DNA of 64,000 nt, taken from NCBI RefSeq assembly GCF_009914755.1, contig NC_060947.1; one strand, given 5' to 3'. How positions within the stretch are numbered: position 1 is the first letter of the stretch; each line of letters opens with the position of its first letter. This document shows, piece after piece, positions 50,601 through 64,000 of this stretch. Source of the DNA: the human T2T-CHM13v2.0 reference genome, Homo sapiens. The notes beneath the pieces were generated by a model, which worked only from the letters and a program-made list of their open reading frames with translations, was not told the DNA's origin and ran no database searches. A program made the translations under genes and the position numbers.

Positions 50601-51379
50601 AGAGAGTCCTTCTAGGTGTTCTTCTAATTGTCCCAAGCAATCACTCATATTCCTTTCTTTATCTCCTACCTGTCATGGATTGCTATCTTCTTTTATACCA
50701 TGTATTGTTCCTTGTAACTCACAAAAAGAGTATTCCAGAGGTGAAATTCCAAGAAACTGAAATGTGTCTTTTGAGAGTTACCACAGTTTAAGGGAGCTTT
50801 TACACAAAGTATAACAATTCCAGCTGCTGACAGTAATTTTCTACATAGGCATCCCTTTCCACTCTCAAGTCTCACTTATTGTGAACAAAAGCAAAAACAA
50901 GACTCTTCTTCATACTCGACTTATAGGAGATGACAACATATTCATTCTCTTGTCTCACTCTTTCTTTGGCCACTTCCTTATTTCTAGAGCAAGGATTCTC
51001 AACAGCAGTACTATTGACATTTAAGGCAAGATATGCTCTTGCCTTAGCAAATTTCACAAGAGATAATTCTGGTAGTCCTTGTAGAGTCCAAGCAACTAAC
51101 ATGCTAATTGATTTCTTAGTTTCTTAGGGAAATGTTAAGGGATTCTGTAACATGTTAGCAAACTTCCAAATACTAGGAGAAGTTGTTAAGGGTCATGTAT
51201 AGTCTATGTTTAATAAGTATGAATTTTTTTTATTTTCTCTTTTCATAATTATACTATAACAAATTTGGAAACAATGCAAAAACCACAAAGAATAAAGCAA
51301 ATTATCCATAATTCTAATGCTCGGTCATAACCCCGATGACATTTTGATGTCTGTTCTTTTAGCCTTTTTTTCCTAGTCA

Positions 51380-51748
<369 letters not shown>

Positions 51749-52664
51749 TTATGGACATTTTCTAGTATCATTATGTATTTGATTTTGATGACTGCATATG
51801 CTCTGTTTTATGTTGTATCATATGCTGTGTGTGTTTGAATGTATTCTTCTATTCAAAGTTTTGAATATAATAGGCACACAAGGCATTTTTCAGTGTGCTG
51901 TAGGTCACTTGTGGTATTAAATTGTGGAGGGAGAGGGAAGGATGGATGCCTGACCTTTGGTTTTTGTGAAAGCCACAGGTCTGAGCAGATTCCATAGAGA
52001 AAAGGTGGTGTTAATGTCACCAACCATATTTAATAGGGCAGCATAGACAGAGTGGGAAGAGTGTGGACAAAGCTAGCTAACACTGAAGGAACCCAAACCA
52101 GATGAGCTGCTGTTTCCTGGGGTCATTGCTGGGAATGGTTGCTCTGGGGCAGCTGGATGGAGGTACCTGAGATGAAGGATAAAGAGGAGAGAGGTTTGCT
52201 TCCTACTTAATCATGCTTTCTGGGGGCTAGAAACACCATCATTATCATCCCTAACACATTTATTGACTATTTTCCCTATTCAGAGGACCTCTAAGAAAAG
52301 CGGGATGCCTTTGAAAGCGTGTGCTTAATAACCAGAAGTATACTGAGAGAGAAAGAAGACCATTTGGGCAGTTTTCAGAGACTTAAGCCATCAAAATCAT
52401 TCCCTCAAAAATGATTCTAAATTGTCAGACAGGAAAAATGTTAATGAGCTATTGAATATTGGTTATAACTGATATATTATTTCTAGGACCAAAAAAATCC
52501 CAACCTAGTCTGGTTGTATTTTGCAGTCATGTGTGTAGTGGTTGGCAATATTCAAAGCTCCTCTGTGTACTCACTTTGTAGGACTTACTTTAGAATATAA
52601 TTTTTATTGGACAGACTATACATATTTAAGCTTATTTTGTATTGGGTTTAATTATTAATTATGG

Positions 52665-52667
<3 letters not shown>

Positions 52668-52706
<39 letters not shown>

Positions 52707-52708
52707 TT

Positions 52709-52750
<42 letters not shown>
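52668..52750. repeat. (TC)n(TG)n compound microsatellite
   Basis: Direct reading. Confidence 0.97.
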
Positions 52751-52752
<2 letters not shown>

Positions 52753-53869
52753 TGCTTAAAACCTTGAATTATGCTAGGCACAAAAGGCATGAAGGGAATT
52801 TTTTGGTGTGCTGAAGGTTCTTTGTGGTATTAGTCTGCAAGGGAAGTTTACTTAGTGACTTAATTTCTGGAAACACACTGCAGTTTCAACTGGAAACTGT
52901 TTGTGGAGCAAGTTATAACTGGGCATTTAACAATGTCCTCTGCCATACCTAAATGCAGTTTGAGAGTTGCTTTTTAAACTTTGTAATTTGACAATGATTA
53001 TTTTCATGGCAAAATAGACAGATGCGATCATCAAATGTATCTACACTTCTGTTCAGTAGGTTATAACATCTTATGAATTCTTAAGTTACTTTTCTTGAGA
53101 ATACCATATGCAAATACTCTACTATAAAACCATAATTTTCAGATTTGACTAGATATTTCTTTGCTAAAATTCACCGCTGATGCACATTATAAAAGGAATA
53201 TACCTTTGGGGAGATTGGTGCATATTATAGAATTAATTTTATAGAATGATGAATAATATAGACATTTCTTAAATGGACAGTTTCTTTATCTCCGTCAAAT
53301 TGGCTACTCTAGGGAAATAAAAATTTCACTAAAGTACAGGCCAAGATTGGATGCGAGCAGTGCCCTTTATTACAGCAATTGTGGAATTGCAGATCAGGAA
53401 TCCAGGAAGTGCATGCTGTCTCTAGTTGATGCTTCAGGTCAAATACCCCCACTTAGAGCTCCCTTGGCCAAGAGACCCTTGACCTCCACCGCTCTGCTCC
53501 CTTGCTCCAGTTGGCCGTTGCTGGGAGAGGCCTTTGCTTGTAAAGATTCCAGCCAGGCTCAGGGCCTGTCTTTCCATCATTTTCTGACCAGGGCACCAAA
53601 GCGCCCAGCTGAGTTTTGTTGTTCCCCTGCTTAAAACTAACTTTACTATGAGCACCTATCCGCCAGGAAAGGAATAATAATTCCAGACATTACAAATGGA
53701 ATGTAAAAATGTGGTAAATTTGCCTGACGTTCAGAAATGTGCTTTTCTGAGTTACAGTCTCAGCCAGTTGCCTTGAAGACCGAGGAGATCCAATTGATCA
53801 AAGAGCAAGGAGCAGGTGTCTTCCACAGGGAAGCCAGGCAAAAGGTTGGTGCTTTCCAGGTAGGGCGGA

Positions 53870-54364
53870 CAATGTCAGGGTCTGGCCTGGATCCCTTCAT
53901 ATGCTTTTTACTGTTTCTTTACCTTCCCTCTCCATTCAATTTTATGTTGCTCTTTTGTCCTCTTTTCTTGGTGATTCCCCTTGACTGCTAGAACCTACTT
54001 TGAACCCACTTTGTTGAACGAATAGAAAGCTGGAAGTAGCTGGCAGGCTATGCCCCCAGCCCGTACACACAAACACATAGATTTTGGCTCATGACTGTCT
54101 AGTGCTGGAACATGGAGGCCGAAATCCTTTGCCTCGGGTCAAAGCAACTTGGAGGTGTAACTCACACTTAAGTCTCCTGTGGGCTCAGGCCGAAGCTACC
54201 CCTATGAGACATTTCCAGGGTTCTGTTCTTCTTGGCTTCCTCTCCCTCCTGGGCTGCTTCCCTTCCTCCCTCACCAGGTGTTCCTTAGAGAGTACTGCCT
54301 TTATGATTTCTTGCACACAAACCCTCCTTTCAGTGTCTGCTTCTAGAGATCCTGGACTAAGACA
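53870..54364 (+). mobile_element. LTR16-family LTR (ERVL)
   Basis: GAAATCCTTTGCCTCGGGTC...GGAGGTGTAACTCACAC...CTTGCACACAAACCCTCCTTTCAGTGTCTGCTTCTAG...CTAAGACA. Confidence 0.8.
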
Positions 54365-54439
54365 ACAGATCAGCACATATATTTAGGCCAGGCAGGGGCT
54401 CTAATGAGCACTGACACCAACACAGCAAGTTGCATGTGG

Positions 54440-54900
54440 CTGTGTTGCCTACTGTCTAAAAGCAGAAGGTCTAGACTCAGAGAAACCTCAGTTCCACTCT
54501 CACCTCCTCCTTTGGTAGCTGTGGAACATTAGGCAAAGTGGCCGACCACTCTGAGCTTCATTTTCCTTGTGAAGTAGAGGAAAAATGGAACCAAACTCAT
54601 AAGATTGTGAACCTTAAAAGAAATATTGCACGAAAAGAGCTGCTCATGACACATAGTAAATCCTCAATAAATGTTAGCTTTATAGAAAATCTTAAGTTTT
54701 AAAGGAGCCTTATGTTTAGATAATTCTCAGTAGCACAACTCAAAAAGGCCTTGTGAGATGGAGCAGCTATAGGTGTCCCCATCTGACAGTGAAGAAAATA
54801 GGCTCAGAAAGGTTAAACGACTTTGTATTAAGTCATATGGCTTGTTGTGGTCTGTGATGAGGACCCCAGGCTCTGGAATAGCAGGGTACTGCATTATCTA
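54440..54900. mobile_element. Two MIRs tail-to-tail (+ ~54440-54682; - ~54700-54900)
   Basis: CTCTGAGCTTCATTTTCC...CTCAATAAATGTTAGC, then CCCCATCTGACAGTGAAGAAAATAGGCTCAGAAAGGTTAAACGACTT. Confidence 0.75.
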
Positions 54901-56590
54901 GGGTATGCACAGCTTCTCAGCATCTAGCAATCTGACATTTGGGGGCTATATTTGCCTGAACCAGTGAGCACATTGAACTCCAAGTATAAAAATAGACCTG
55001 AGATTTCTAAAGATCAGAAATATTAATAGTATATTACTAAAGAAACATGTAAGATAAAGAAAAGAAGGAGAACACAGAGTATGTCCTCAACCATTCTTTG
55101 AATGCTACAAACAATAATAGTTCATGAAAAGTGCATTTTTGCTTCATTTCGAATGATTCCAATTGCTGGTATTGATTCTTCTACCTTATCTAGAGGAAAT
55201 GAAAGAGATTTTAGATGATGATGTTCTCACAAGCTCTTGAATCTGTGAATCTGAAAATATCACAATGAAAAATGTGAAGGTCATGTGCATAAATCTACAT
55301 ATGATAACATTCATGTATGTGTTAATTACTTCCAAATAAATTAAGATCAGACATATGGAAAACCATATGTACGAGGAGGAAAAAAACTCAGGTGTGTTCA
55401 ATATATCAAAGTGCAGGAAATCTAACCTGGTTTGACTGTTGTGGGAGGGCATGTGTGAGTCAAGTCTTTAATTTGTAACAGAATGAAAGTGACTGTATTT
55501 CACCACTTTAGACAGCAAGGTCAAGGGGAGGAAATACACTTAGAAATAGGACTTTGATTAATATATAAAGGAATTCAAATTATATTTGAGTTACCTGGAG
55601 GGCTTGGGACCACCAGGTCTTAGAGATTTCAGCTATGTATGAGAACATCCAGAGGACAGAACAGATGCAGTGGAAAAGACACAAAAAAATGTCATGTAGG
55701 TGAGGAGTCTTTAATATTTTGTTTGAGGCAAGGAGCAAATACAAGCAAGACATGCAGAAGTGCAGAAATGTTTTTTGAATACTGGGCGGGTTGTGCTCTA
55801 GATGAAGACATAGACTTACTGCCAGTCCTTCTTAAAGGTAGAACCAAAATTGGAGGAGGAAAGTTACGAAGCAAATCAGAGGATGCACCTCTTCCAGCTC
55901 AGCTGGAAACAGCGAGTGAGTTGTCCATCACTAGAGGTGTTTTCCACTTATCAAAGATGTTACAGAAAGCTTCAGATATCTTACTCTCCCCCAGCATTAT
56001 GAATATTTCATTTTTATTTTCATAATAATTTGTGGTACTTATCATTTAAACATAATCTATGTCCTTAATAAGATCTTTTTAATGTGTCATGAGTTTTATA
56101 CTCTTGTGGTTTTGTGAATCTAGTTAAGAAGCTCTATCTGTCTTAAAGTCAAATATACCACAGCTAATGTCATTACCCTCTACTCAAAGTAATGGGTATT
56201 ATTTATTGATGCTAGTTCTCATATAAAAATGAAGATTGTATTTTTTCAAATGGATAGAATTATTCCAAGTGTATTTTTAGTTAAAATAATTGGATAATGT
56301 GTGTGTAGTGTAATAATATCTTCAGAGTGCTGGGGGAGAGAGAGAGAAGGGAGGTACAGGTTTCAGGAAGGAGTGAATGAAGGAGGAACTCCACACCAAT
56401 AATTATATATCCAGAAAAATAATTTCAAAGAATGGGTTGAAATAAATGATATTTTCTAATAAACTGCAAGAGATTTTCTACTAAGAGGAGCAGTAAAGAG
56501 TGTACTCCATGAACAAGGGAATATTATCAGGAGAACATGAGATGTAAATAATGTTTGTTGGGTTTTTTTTTTCCTTTTTCCTCTCTCTAG

Positions 56591-56642
56591 AAAGGGAGGA
56601 TCACCAGGAAGAAATAAGTCCAAATTCCCCATCAGTTCAGTG
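56591..56642 (+). CDS. Candidate 52-nt internal exon (KGGSPGRNKSKFPISSV in the frame set by the 37086 ATG)
   Basis: Very strong acceptor TTTTTTTTTTCCTTTTTCCTCTCTCTAG|A, purine-rich ESE-like body (GGAGGA, GGAAGAA), donor GTG|GTATGG; non-repeat context. May be a 5'UTR exon. Confidence 0.5.
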
Positions 56643-56714
56643 GTATGGAGTCCAGAGTCAGAATATAATTTTTTAATAGAAAATGTGTTGTAATATTTCT
56701 TGAAAAACAAAATA

Positions 56715-57090
56715 GATTGGACAGGGGCAAAAGTGGCTGTAGTTAGCCATTTTGTAGGCTACTTCAGTGATTTTGACATTGGAGGGAGGGAGGTTGAATA
56801 TGTAGAGAAACAATTAAGTGTTAGAATTTATAGGATTTGTTGATTAATGACATGTGAGGAGTTAAGGCTAGCCAGAATGCAGGAAGAGCACCTGAGTGGA
56901 TGTTGTTTCCTTTTAGCAAGATAAGCAACAGACAGACTTGGGAATAAGACCATTAGTCTAGTCCTGAGGCTGGTGGTTACAAAATGTATGTGAGAGATCC
57001 AGGTGAAGACGTCAAGTGGACAATTGAATATATTGGTATAACCTGGTAGGCAGCTGAAACAGCTTGCTTTGGGATTCAAAGAAATTATGT
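56715..57090 (-). mobile_element. L2 fragment
   Basis: TATAGGATTTGTTGATTAATG...ATCCAGGTGAAGACGTCAAGTGGACAATTGAATATA. Confidence 0.7.
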
Positions 57091-60000
57091 TGAACCCTGA
57101 TCAACCCTAATCAACATGAAGAGGGCCTACAGCCCTCCTAGTCTCTAGAGATTCTTGATGGCAGGGCTGGTGGCAGAAAGGCAGGCATGTATTAACAGTT
57201 TTCTGCTCATCTCAGTCAAAATTTCTGCTTTCATTGAATTTGTTCACTAGACTGTCTCCTTGTCCTCATGTGCTGTCTGTCTGTTCTTCTACATTGTCAC
57301 AAGTGTAGAAAAGAACCTCACTTTATTGATAATATCACCAACAATTATTTACGCAAGGCTTTTATTTAGCCAATCTGAAGTTCTGGGGGATTGGAGGGGC
57401 TAACACTGTAGCAGTAGTTTTCCAACATCCTTGGTTTTCAGCCTTGCCAACATATTGATCAGCCATCTTCTTCTTCAAGACCCTTTCTTTTACTATTTTT
57501 TTGGATCACTCCTGGAGGGTCTTCTGGGAAAGTCTGTACCCCTCACTCCATACAGCACAGAATTTGACGTTTTCATAATCCCCACTTCACTTCATGCTCA
57601 CTCTTACCTTTCCCCAATTTCATTAAGATCCTGCCCTGCACTGAGATCCAGGATTTGCCCTTCCGCAATCCAGAACTTTCAGAGGCAGTGACATGTCAGC
57701 CTCTTCCTTCCTGCAATGGAGTAGAAAAAGCACTTAATTTTCCCGTAAATAAAATATGGTGGAAGTAGCAACAATTTTACTCTCAAGGAACTTTTACTCC
57801 ATCCAATGTTGGGTCTTGAGCTCAGAAAAGAGATCCAGTTTGGGGATCAGTTTTGAGTTATCAGGATGCAGATCACAAAAGAGGGAGTAGCTGGAATGGG
57901 TGATAATGCTGCACACACAAGGTAGAAAAAGGAAGGGGAATGGTCAGTGTTTTCTGCTCAACTTGCAAGAGGGGAAAAATTAAGCTTTTTTGGTCCCAAA
58001 CCACACTTCCCAAGAGAATCCTGAAGCGTATAGGGTGGAGGGTGATAGGAGAAGGGTTGAAGGGCAGTTCCATAGTCAGCATTTCAGGGAAGAAATGTTG
58101 GCAATTTAAAGGTAGTGAATTATCAACTGCTTTATTGCTGTTTCTTTAGAGTGGAAAAATATTTTATGAAGCATTGTGTTTCTGAATATGAATTCAATTC
58201 AATTCTGTTATCGGGCCTTCCTTAAAATGATTCAAACATTCAACAAATACAACATTATTCTACTTCTGTTTGTTTTTAAGTACTTTATATGTTTCAAAAA
58301 ACAAATTTAAATATTTTGGGCATTCAAAATTATCATTCTCCAGTGTAATTAAAGGAATAATTTGGCCATGCAATCCAATGTCTGTTCATCAAGGCAATAG
58401 GTTTGTAGATGAAGGAAACCTCTCTCTTACTTTGGGATTCATCAAAGTGGCCATACTATAAATGGGTGTTGTACAGTTTCTAGTTTCTTCATTTTGTGAA
58501 GACAGATACAGAGGGCTGGAAACAGGGCAAACCCATGAACTGATCATGAACATGATGGTAGTAATGGTCTGGTCATTCTCTGTGTTTTGGAACTTGATTC
58601 TTGAAGTTGAAAGCCAAGGGCAATCTTCTGCATGCCATATTAGCAACCTAACATTATCAGGTGCACAGGCTAGGATCTAGAGGTTGGATGTCAGCACCAA
58701 GGGTAAGTGGCCAGTTACATATACATGTGCTTGACCATCCCCCTGTTGGGAGGCCCATATAGGGTAGAATATAGGCATGCAATAAGTGAGATTTCTGAGG
58801 TGGTTGACCTCTTTGGATTTCTAACCCAAACCTGTAGTGTGCCCCTGACAAGTTCCATTGGGGTGTTGGCAACACAAATTTCAGATGCTTTCATGTTTCA
58901 TCCAGAGATGCCCCTGTCCTATCCAGTGACCTTCCCCACAAACAGGAGAAGACAGTAGATTAAAAAATGATAGACTAGGGCTATATGTCACCAGGCAGAT
59001 GCAGCTGGAACCTATGCCCCAAGAATCTAGCCAGGACTTCTTAAAAACTAGTTAGGTCTATGAGCCAATAATCAAGACTTATGTTAACCATCCTCTTGAG
59101 AGGCTTAACCACCCGTTGAATTTGGTCAAGTGTGAGTGAGTGACTGTAAGCCTTGGAGCCTCATTGCAGGGCATTCTTAATTAACCTTGAAGCTGGGATA
59201 ATCTCAAAAGACTATGACCAGGAAACAGTAATAGTCAGGCCTGTTCATAAAGTGCTCTTGATTTACAGTTGGAACATCTCTATTTGTGTGTACCTCGGTG
59301 CTTCCCAGCCTTTTCAAGTCATGGCAAATGCAAAATCCAGTAAATGGGTGAGGTTATTTGTGGAAGAAGGTAAAAATCCAGAGGACCCAACTGTTCAAGG
59401 TCACCCCCTCTGATTAAATATCTGGCTGAGAGTCTTTAGTTAAATATCTCTGGATAAATATCTCTACACACTTGTAACTCATTCATGGCACACCAGTGTA
59501 CTTAGGCATTGTACATTATTCCACAATTCTTCCTAATCCCTTAAATGTTTGTTCTACTACTGTTGATAAAAATCAACTTATTATCTCAGTGTTCTAATTT
59601 ATTTAATGACCAAGGTGTGGTTACTCTGTAAAAATATTTTCCAGAAAAGATGTTCACTGCCAAACATTAGAAATACCATCCAGCTTCTCATTTAAATTTT
59701 AATTATCATACTAGTTGAAATGACACTTCAGAGTTAATGTTTCTTATTTGGCTTTACTAGTATAGTGTCTCTTAACAACATTTTCACTTTCTTTGTGCTA
59801 TAAATGTTTCATGCCTACAAGTCATTATGTTTCACCAATATTTGGCTGTATGATCTTTCCTTGCAAAGCCCAAAGTCCAATGTGCCTGGGTGAGGACACT
59901 CTCTTGATTGAAAACATTATCTTAGGTTCATCACACCTATGGTTTCTGTGGGTTTTTTTTCCCTTTTCTACCACCTTACAAATTGTAATATGTGCTTTAC

Positions 60001-60199
60001 CCGTTGCTCTGCCTTCTAGCATACACACACACAAACATACAGGTGTACTTTGATTCTTGACTCATTTTCCATATATTGATGCTTGAGGACAGTGTTATTT
60101 GATTATCTTGTCATTTCCAGTTTCATAGAAGTCAGAATAAATCTTTGACTTGTTTTGACTTTTTTTTTCTCTTCTGATTTTGCCCATTGAACTATGAGA

Positions 60200-60390
60200 G
60201 TATTGTGGTAAACAAGATTAGGCAAGAAACTCCTGTAATCTGGTGGGCATATTGGAAAGAACATGGGAATATTTTTTGGTTAAATAAACCTGGGTTTCAG
60301 TCTTGACTTTATTAATTATATGGCTTTGGAAAATAATTTATGTTCTGAGCCTTTTCCTCAACTGAAAAAATGAAAATCCCAACGCTTGTT
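60200..60390 (+). mobile_element. MIR fragment
   Basis: AACCTGGGTTTCAGTCTTGACTTT...TCTGAGCCTTTTCCTCAACTGAAAAAATG. Confidence 0.6.
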
Positions 60391-60823
60391 TTAGGTACCC
60401 TGAAAAACTATTTTAAGTAGTACATGAGAAAGTTTTCTACTTAGAAAAACATCTATATATGCTTTCTCCAGTTTCAGAGGATGAAGTGTCCCTTCTTTTT
60501 TTGAAGTTACCCCTCCATCTGTATTCCTGATCCCATTGCCTCTCACCTTCTTCGCGGTGTCGTGCCTACTCTTATTCCTCTTTTGCAGCTTTACCTTATC
60601 CTTCCTGATCAACTGCCCTCAGCCTTTAATACTAGTCTAGATTCCCTCTCATCCTGAAGGTACTCTTCCTTTCATTTTTTATTCTTTGTTCTACCTCCCA
60701 CTCCTCCCCACCAAAAAAATCCTCCCTATCTTTGGCCTTCAAAGGTGAAATACTTTTAATCCAATATGTATATATTCCGAATTTGCTTTATCTTTTAAAC
60801 TGTCATTCTATCTTCAGTCCACC

Positions 60824-61227
60824 TGCTATGGTTTGAATGTGTCACCCAAAGCTCTTGTCTTGGAAATTTAACTCCCAGTGCAACAGTGTTGAGAGGTAGG
60901 ACCTTTAAGAGGTGATTAGGTCATGAGGGCTCTGCCTTCATGACTGGATTAACGCCATTATTGTGGAAGTGGGTTAGTTATTGCAGGAATGGGTTCTTGA
61001 TAAAAATTTGAGTTTGGCGCCCCCACTTCCCTGTCTTGCATGCTCACTTTCTCTTACCATGTGATGCCTTCCACCATGTTATGACACAGCAAGAAGTCCC
61101 TCACCAAATGTGGCCCCCTCAATCTTAGATTTCCCAACCTCCAGAACTGTAAGAAATTAATATCTATTCTGTGTAAGTTACCCAGTCTCAGGTATTCTGT
61201 TAGAGCAGATCAAAGTGAACTAAGACA
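60824..61227 (+). mobile_element. MSTB-family MaLR LTR, within an L2 fragment
   Basis: TGCTATGGTTTGAATGTGTC...GAGGTGATTAGGTCATGAGGGCTCTGCC...GAACTAAGACA. Confidence 0.92.
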
Positions 61228-61294
61228 ACGCCACTATTTGGACTTTACTCAAATGAGAAATTCTAGTGTAAATGTCACCATAGATCTCCTGTAT

Positions 61295-61662
61295 TTTTTT
61301 CTAATTTATTTTATTATTATTACTTTTTATCGATATGTAATAGTTGTACATATTTTGGGGATACATGTGATATTTTAATACATGTATACAATGTGTAATG
61401 ATCAAATCAGTGTAATTGGGATATCTACCACCTCAAGCATGTATCTTTTCTTTTTGCAGGGAACATTCCAATTCTTCTCTTCTAGCTATTTTTAACTATA
61501 CAATAAATTATTAACTCTAGTCTCCCTACTGTACTATCAAATACTAGAACTCATTCCTTCTATCTAAGTGTATTTTTATACCTATCAACCAACCTCTCTT
61601 CATTTCTCCCTCTTTCCTATCCTCTGGTAATCACCATTCCACTCTCTACTTCCATTAGATCT
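61295..61662 (-). mobile_element. L1MA-type 3' end
   Basis: ATAGTTGTACATATTTTGGGGATACATGTGATATTTT...CAATGTGTAATGATCAAATCAG...ACCATTCCACTCTCTACTTCCAT. Confidence 0.9.
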
Positions 61663-61664
61663 TC

Positions 61665-62445
61665 CATGTTCTTTAGAAGTAAATGTTGAAAGAGATACAA
61701 CCTTCAAGTTCAATGGCTTAACCAAATACTAGTGTATTTTTTACTCATCAAATAGTAAGTGTTTGATCCTGGTCAGGAGGTTCTTCTTCAGTAAATGATA
61801 TAGGGACCCAAACTCTTTCCATCTTGGAGTCCTGCCTTCTTCAACACCTGGCTCCCAAGCGGGGGGTGCGTCCATTCTAGCCATCCAGAAGTGGAAAGGA
61901 ACAGGGAAGATCATGTGTAGGAAGTTTTTATGGTTTTTAGGGTGGGCCCTAAACCCAATATGACTGATGTCGTTATGAGAAGAGGGAAATTTGGACAAAG
62001 AGAAACACACACACAGGGAAAATATCATGTGGCAATGAAGGTAGAGAATGGAGTGATGCAGCTGCAAGCCAAGGAATGCCAAGGATTGCCAGCAAGCACT
62101 AGAAGCTAGGAAGATGTAAGGAGGGATCTTCCCCAGGAGCCTTCAAAGAGCATGGTCCTGCTGATATTTAGGTTTTGGACTTCCTGCCTCCAGAACTGTG
62201 AGACAATAAATTTCTGTTGTTTTGGGCTATCCGTTAGTGGGTACTTTGTTACACAGTTCTAGGAAACGAATACACGGTTAAGCCTAAAAGGGGATACATT
62301 ACTCCTGCTCATCCTCCGTTGGTCAGAACTCAGACCTATTGGCACGCTGAACAGCAAAGAAACCAGGGAAATATAGTCTAGCCCTGTGTCTAGGAAGAAG
62401 AGAAGAATGTGGGTTTAGAGATCATCCAGCATTTTCTTCCACCCC
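61665..62445 (-). mobile_element. MLT1J-like LTR interrupted by an MLT1C-like fragment (+, ~61935-62275)
   Basis: AGGGACCCAAACTCTTTCCATCTTGG...; insert GCTGCAAGCCAAGGAATGCCAAGGATTGCC...GGAAACGAATACA; resumes TTGGTCAGAACTCAG. Confidence 0.75.
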
Positions 62446-62449
62446 TCCA

Positions 62450-63780
62450 CATGACCACATACTATGAACATTTTTAGTCATCTTCTGCTGAATTTGACCC
62501 TGTGGGCTATACAGTTCTTGATGTTGTTGATAAAATAGAGGCACTAGATGTACTTGATGCCTATTATCTTAAACCTTCACAAAAGCCCTGCAAAGTAAGG
62601 ATTGTTATTTCATTTCTCAGTTGACATTTTCCTGGCAGCTCAGTTCATTTTATTTTCCCCACATAACTTTCTTAGATTTTCATATCTTTGATTATTGCTT
62701 TTTTTGTCACTCTTGTAGGTTCTTCTCTTTGGCACATCTTGGATTTAGGTATTCCCTGGTTGTCACCTTGGCCTTTTTTCCTTCTTAGTCAACATGCATT
62801 CCCTTAGTGACCTCATCCTTTTGTGGTTTTACCTGCACCTATATGTTGATGACTCCAAAATTTAAGTCTCCATACCTAATCTCTTACCTGAATTTCAGAA
62901 TATGTCCAAATACCTATTGCATATAGCCTGCAGATACCTAAAACTCAACTTCCCCTAAAAGATATGTCTCCAAATTTATCCTATGTTCTTCCTTGTTTAT
63001 TCTCACAGTCAGTGACACTACCTGGTCAGGTCACCCAAACCAGAAAACTAGTAATAATTATCAATTCTTCTGGCTCTTGACCAATATTACCTTCTAGGTA
63101 TAACTTTGAACCAGCTTCCCCAGCTGCTAACCATAAATTGCCTAGTTCTGTCTCATTATTCCTCACTGGATTTCATGCCAGTTCCCTTTGATGGCCTCAT
63201 TTATTAATTTTGCATCCTTCACATCCATTATCTACACTCATCCCAGAATTTTCTATCTGAAATGCTAGCTGTGTGCAGTTCCCCGTTCACTTATCAGTGA
63301 CTTCCTGTTATGTACCGATCCAAGCTCTTTAGCATGGCATGTAAGGCCATGAATAACCTTTCTCTTCATGCCTCTTCTTCAGCCTCATCTTCTCTTCCAC
63401 TCTGTACTGTAATTTATGTTATAGTAATAACAAATTTAGTTCTCCCAATAAAGCATGCTGTTTCAATCCTCCACGCGTTTGCTTAATCTGATGCCTCTCC
63501 CTAGATGAACTTCTCTTTTTTCTGCATATGGCTAACTTCTCTTATTTTTTAAGGTGACCTAAGTATCTCTTCTTAAGATGCCCAAACAGCCCTCCCCTGG
63601 GCTGTACTCACACCCTGTGGTTTTCTTTATCTTTACACTTACAGTGGATGCAGAAATCCTTATTTCTGTGTCTTCTCCCAAGAGTGGGTTCCCTGAGGGC
63701 AGAGAAGCTTGTCCCAGTACCGACCTAACATAGCAGTTTCTGAAGCATAGTAGATGCTAAGTAAACATTTGCTAAAAGAA
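62450..63780 (+). mobile_element. L2 3' portion (with a MIR fragment at ~62520-62630)
   Basis: TATGTTGATGACTCCAAAATT...CCCTGAGGGCAGAG...TAGTAGATGCTAAGTAAACATTTGCT. Confidence 0.8.
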
Positions 63781-64000
63781 GCTGAGCTTCTCACAGAGGA
63801 TATTATCACCTGGATAGAGATTTTGAGTCTGGATATAATCATAGATGATAGCTCATCACCTTTAAATCCCAAAAGGAAAAGACATATCCTAGTTTATAAA
63901 AATCTGTGAAAATTATATTTCAGAATCATTATAGCTGATAAAAATAGAATGTAAAATATACAAAGCCCTAAATTTTGCCTGATTCTCTGGGCTATATTGA

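Noticed and set aside
55194-55279. Possible exon after TTCTTCTACCTTATCTAG
   Set aside because: Acceptor plausible but the donor (AAG|GTCATG) is poor; too weak to list
55639-56025. 128-aa ATG-initiated ORF
   Set aside because: No recognisable domain; overlaps MIR3/CR1-like fragments (GTGAGTTGTCCATCACTAGAGGTGTT)

Overview
AT-rich, CpG-depleted primate (human-like) genomic DNA, apparently intronic or 5'-flanking to a large gene. It is dominated by interspersed repeats: Alu/FLAM/FRAM, L1 and L2 fragments, MIRs, MaLR/ERV LTRs (LTR8, LTR40, LTR16, THE1, MST, MLT1) and many hAT-Charlie MITEs (MER5, MER20, MER58, MER53). None of the supplied ORFs looks like a real protein; most are repeat- or microsatellite-derived. 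I see no CRISPR array, operon or prokaryotic-type system and cannot support a claim of a wholly new system. The best-supported notable items are: (1) a tail-less, 3'-truncated elongator tRNA-Met retrocopy flanked by a perfect 19-bp TSD (20029-20120); (2) a candidate + strand first exon (donor 37108/37109) and a 52-nt internal exon (56591-56642) that splice in frame to MSQSQPWRKGGSPGRNKSKFPISSV, host gene not recognised; (3) local rearrangement scars, namely a four-tier nested inverted repeat, a 75-bp dispersed duplication, a diverged ~65-bp duplication, a 36-bp tandem duplication and a trimeric Alu in one TSD; (4) a MER53 hairpin carrying a miR-1302-like sequence. Repeat subfamily names are recalled from consensus sequences, and boundaries without a TSD are approximate.
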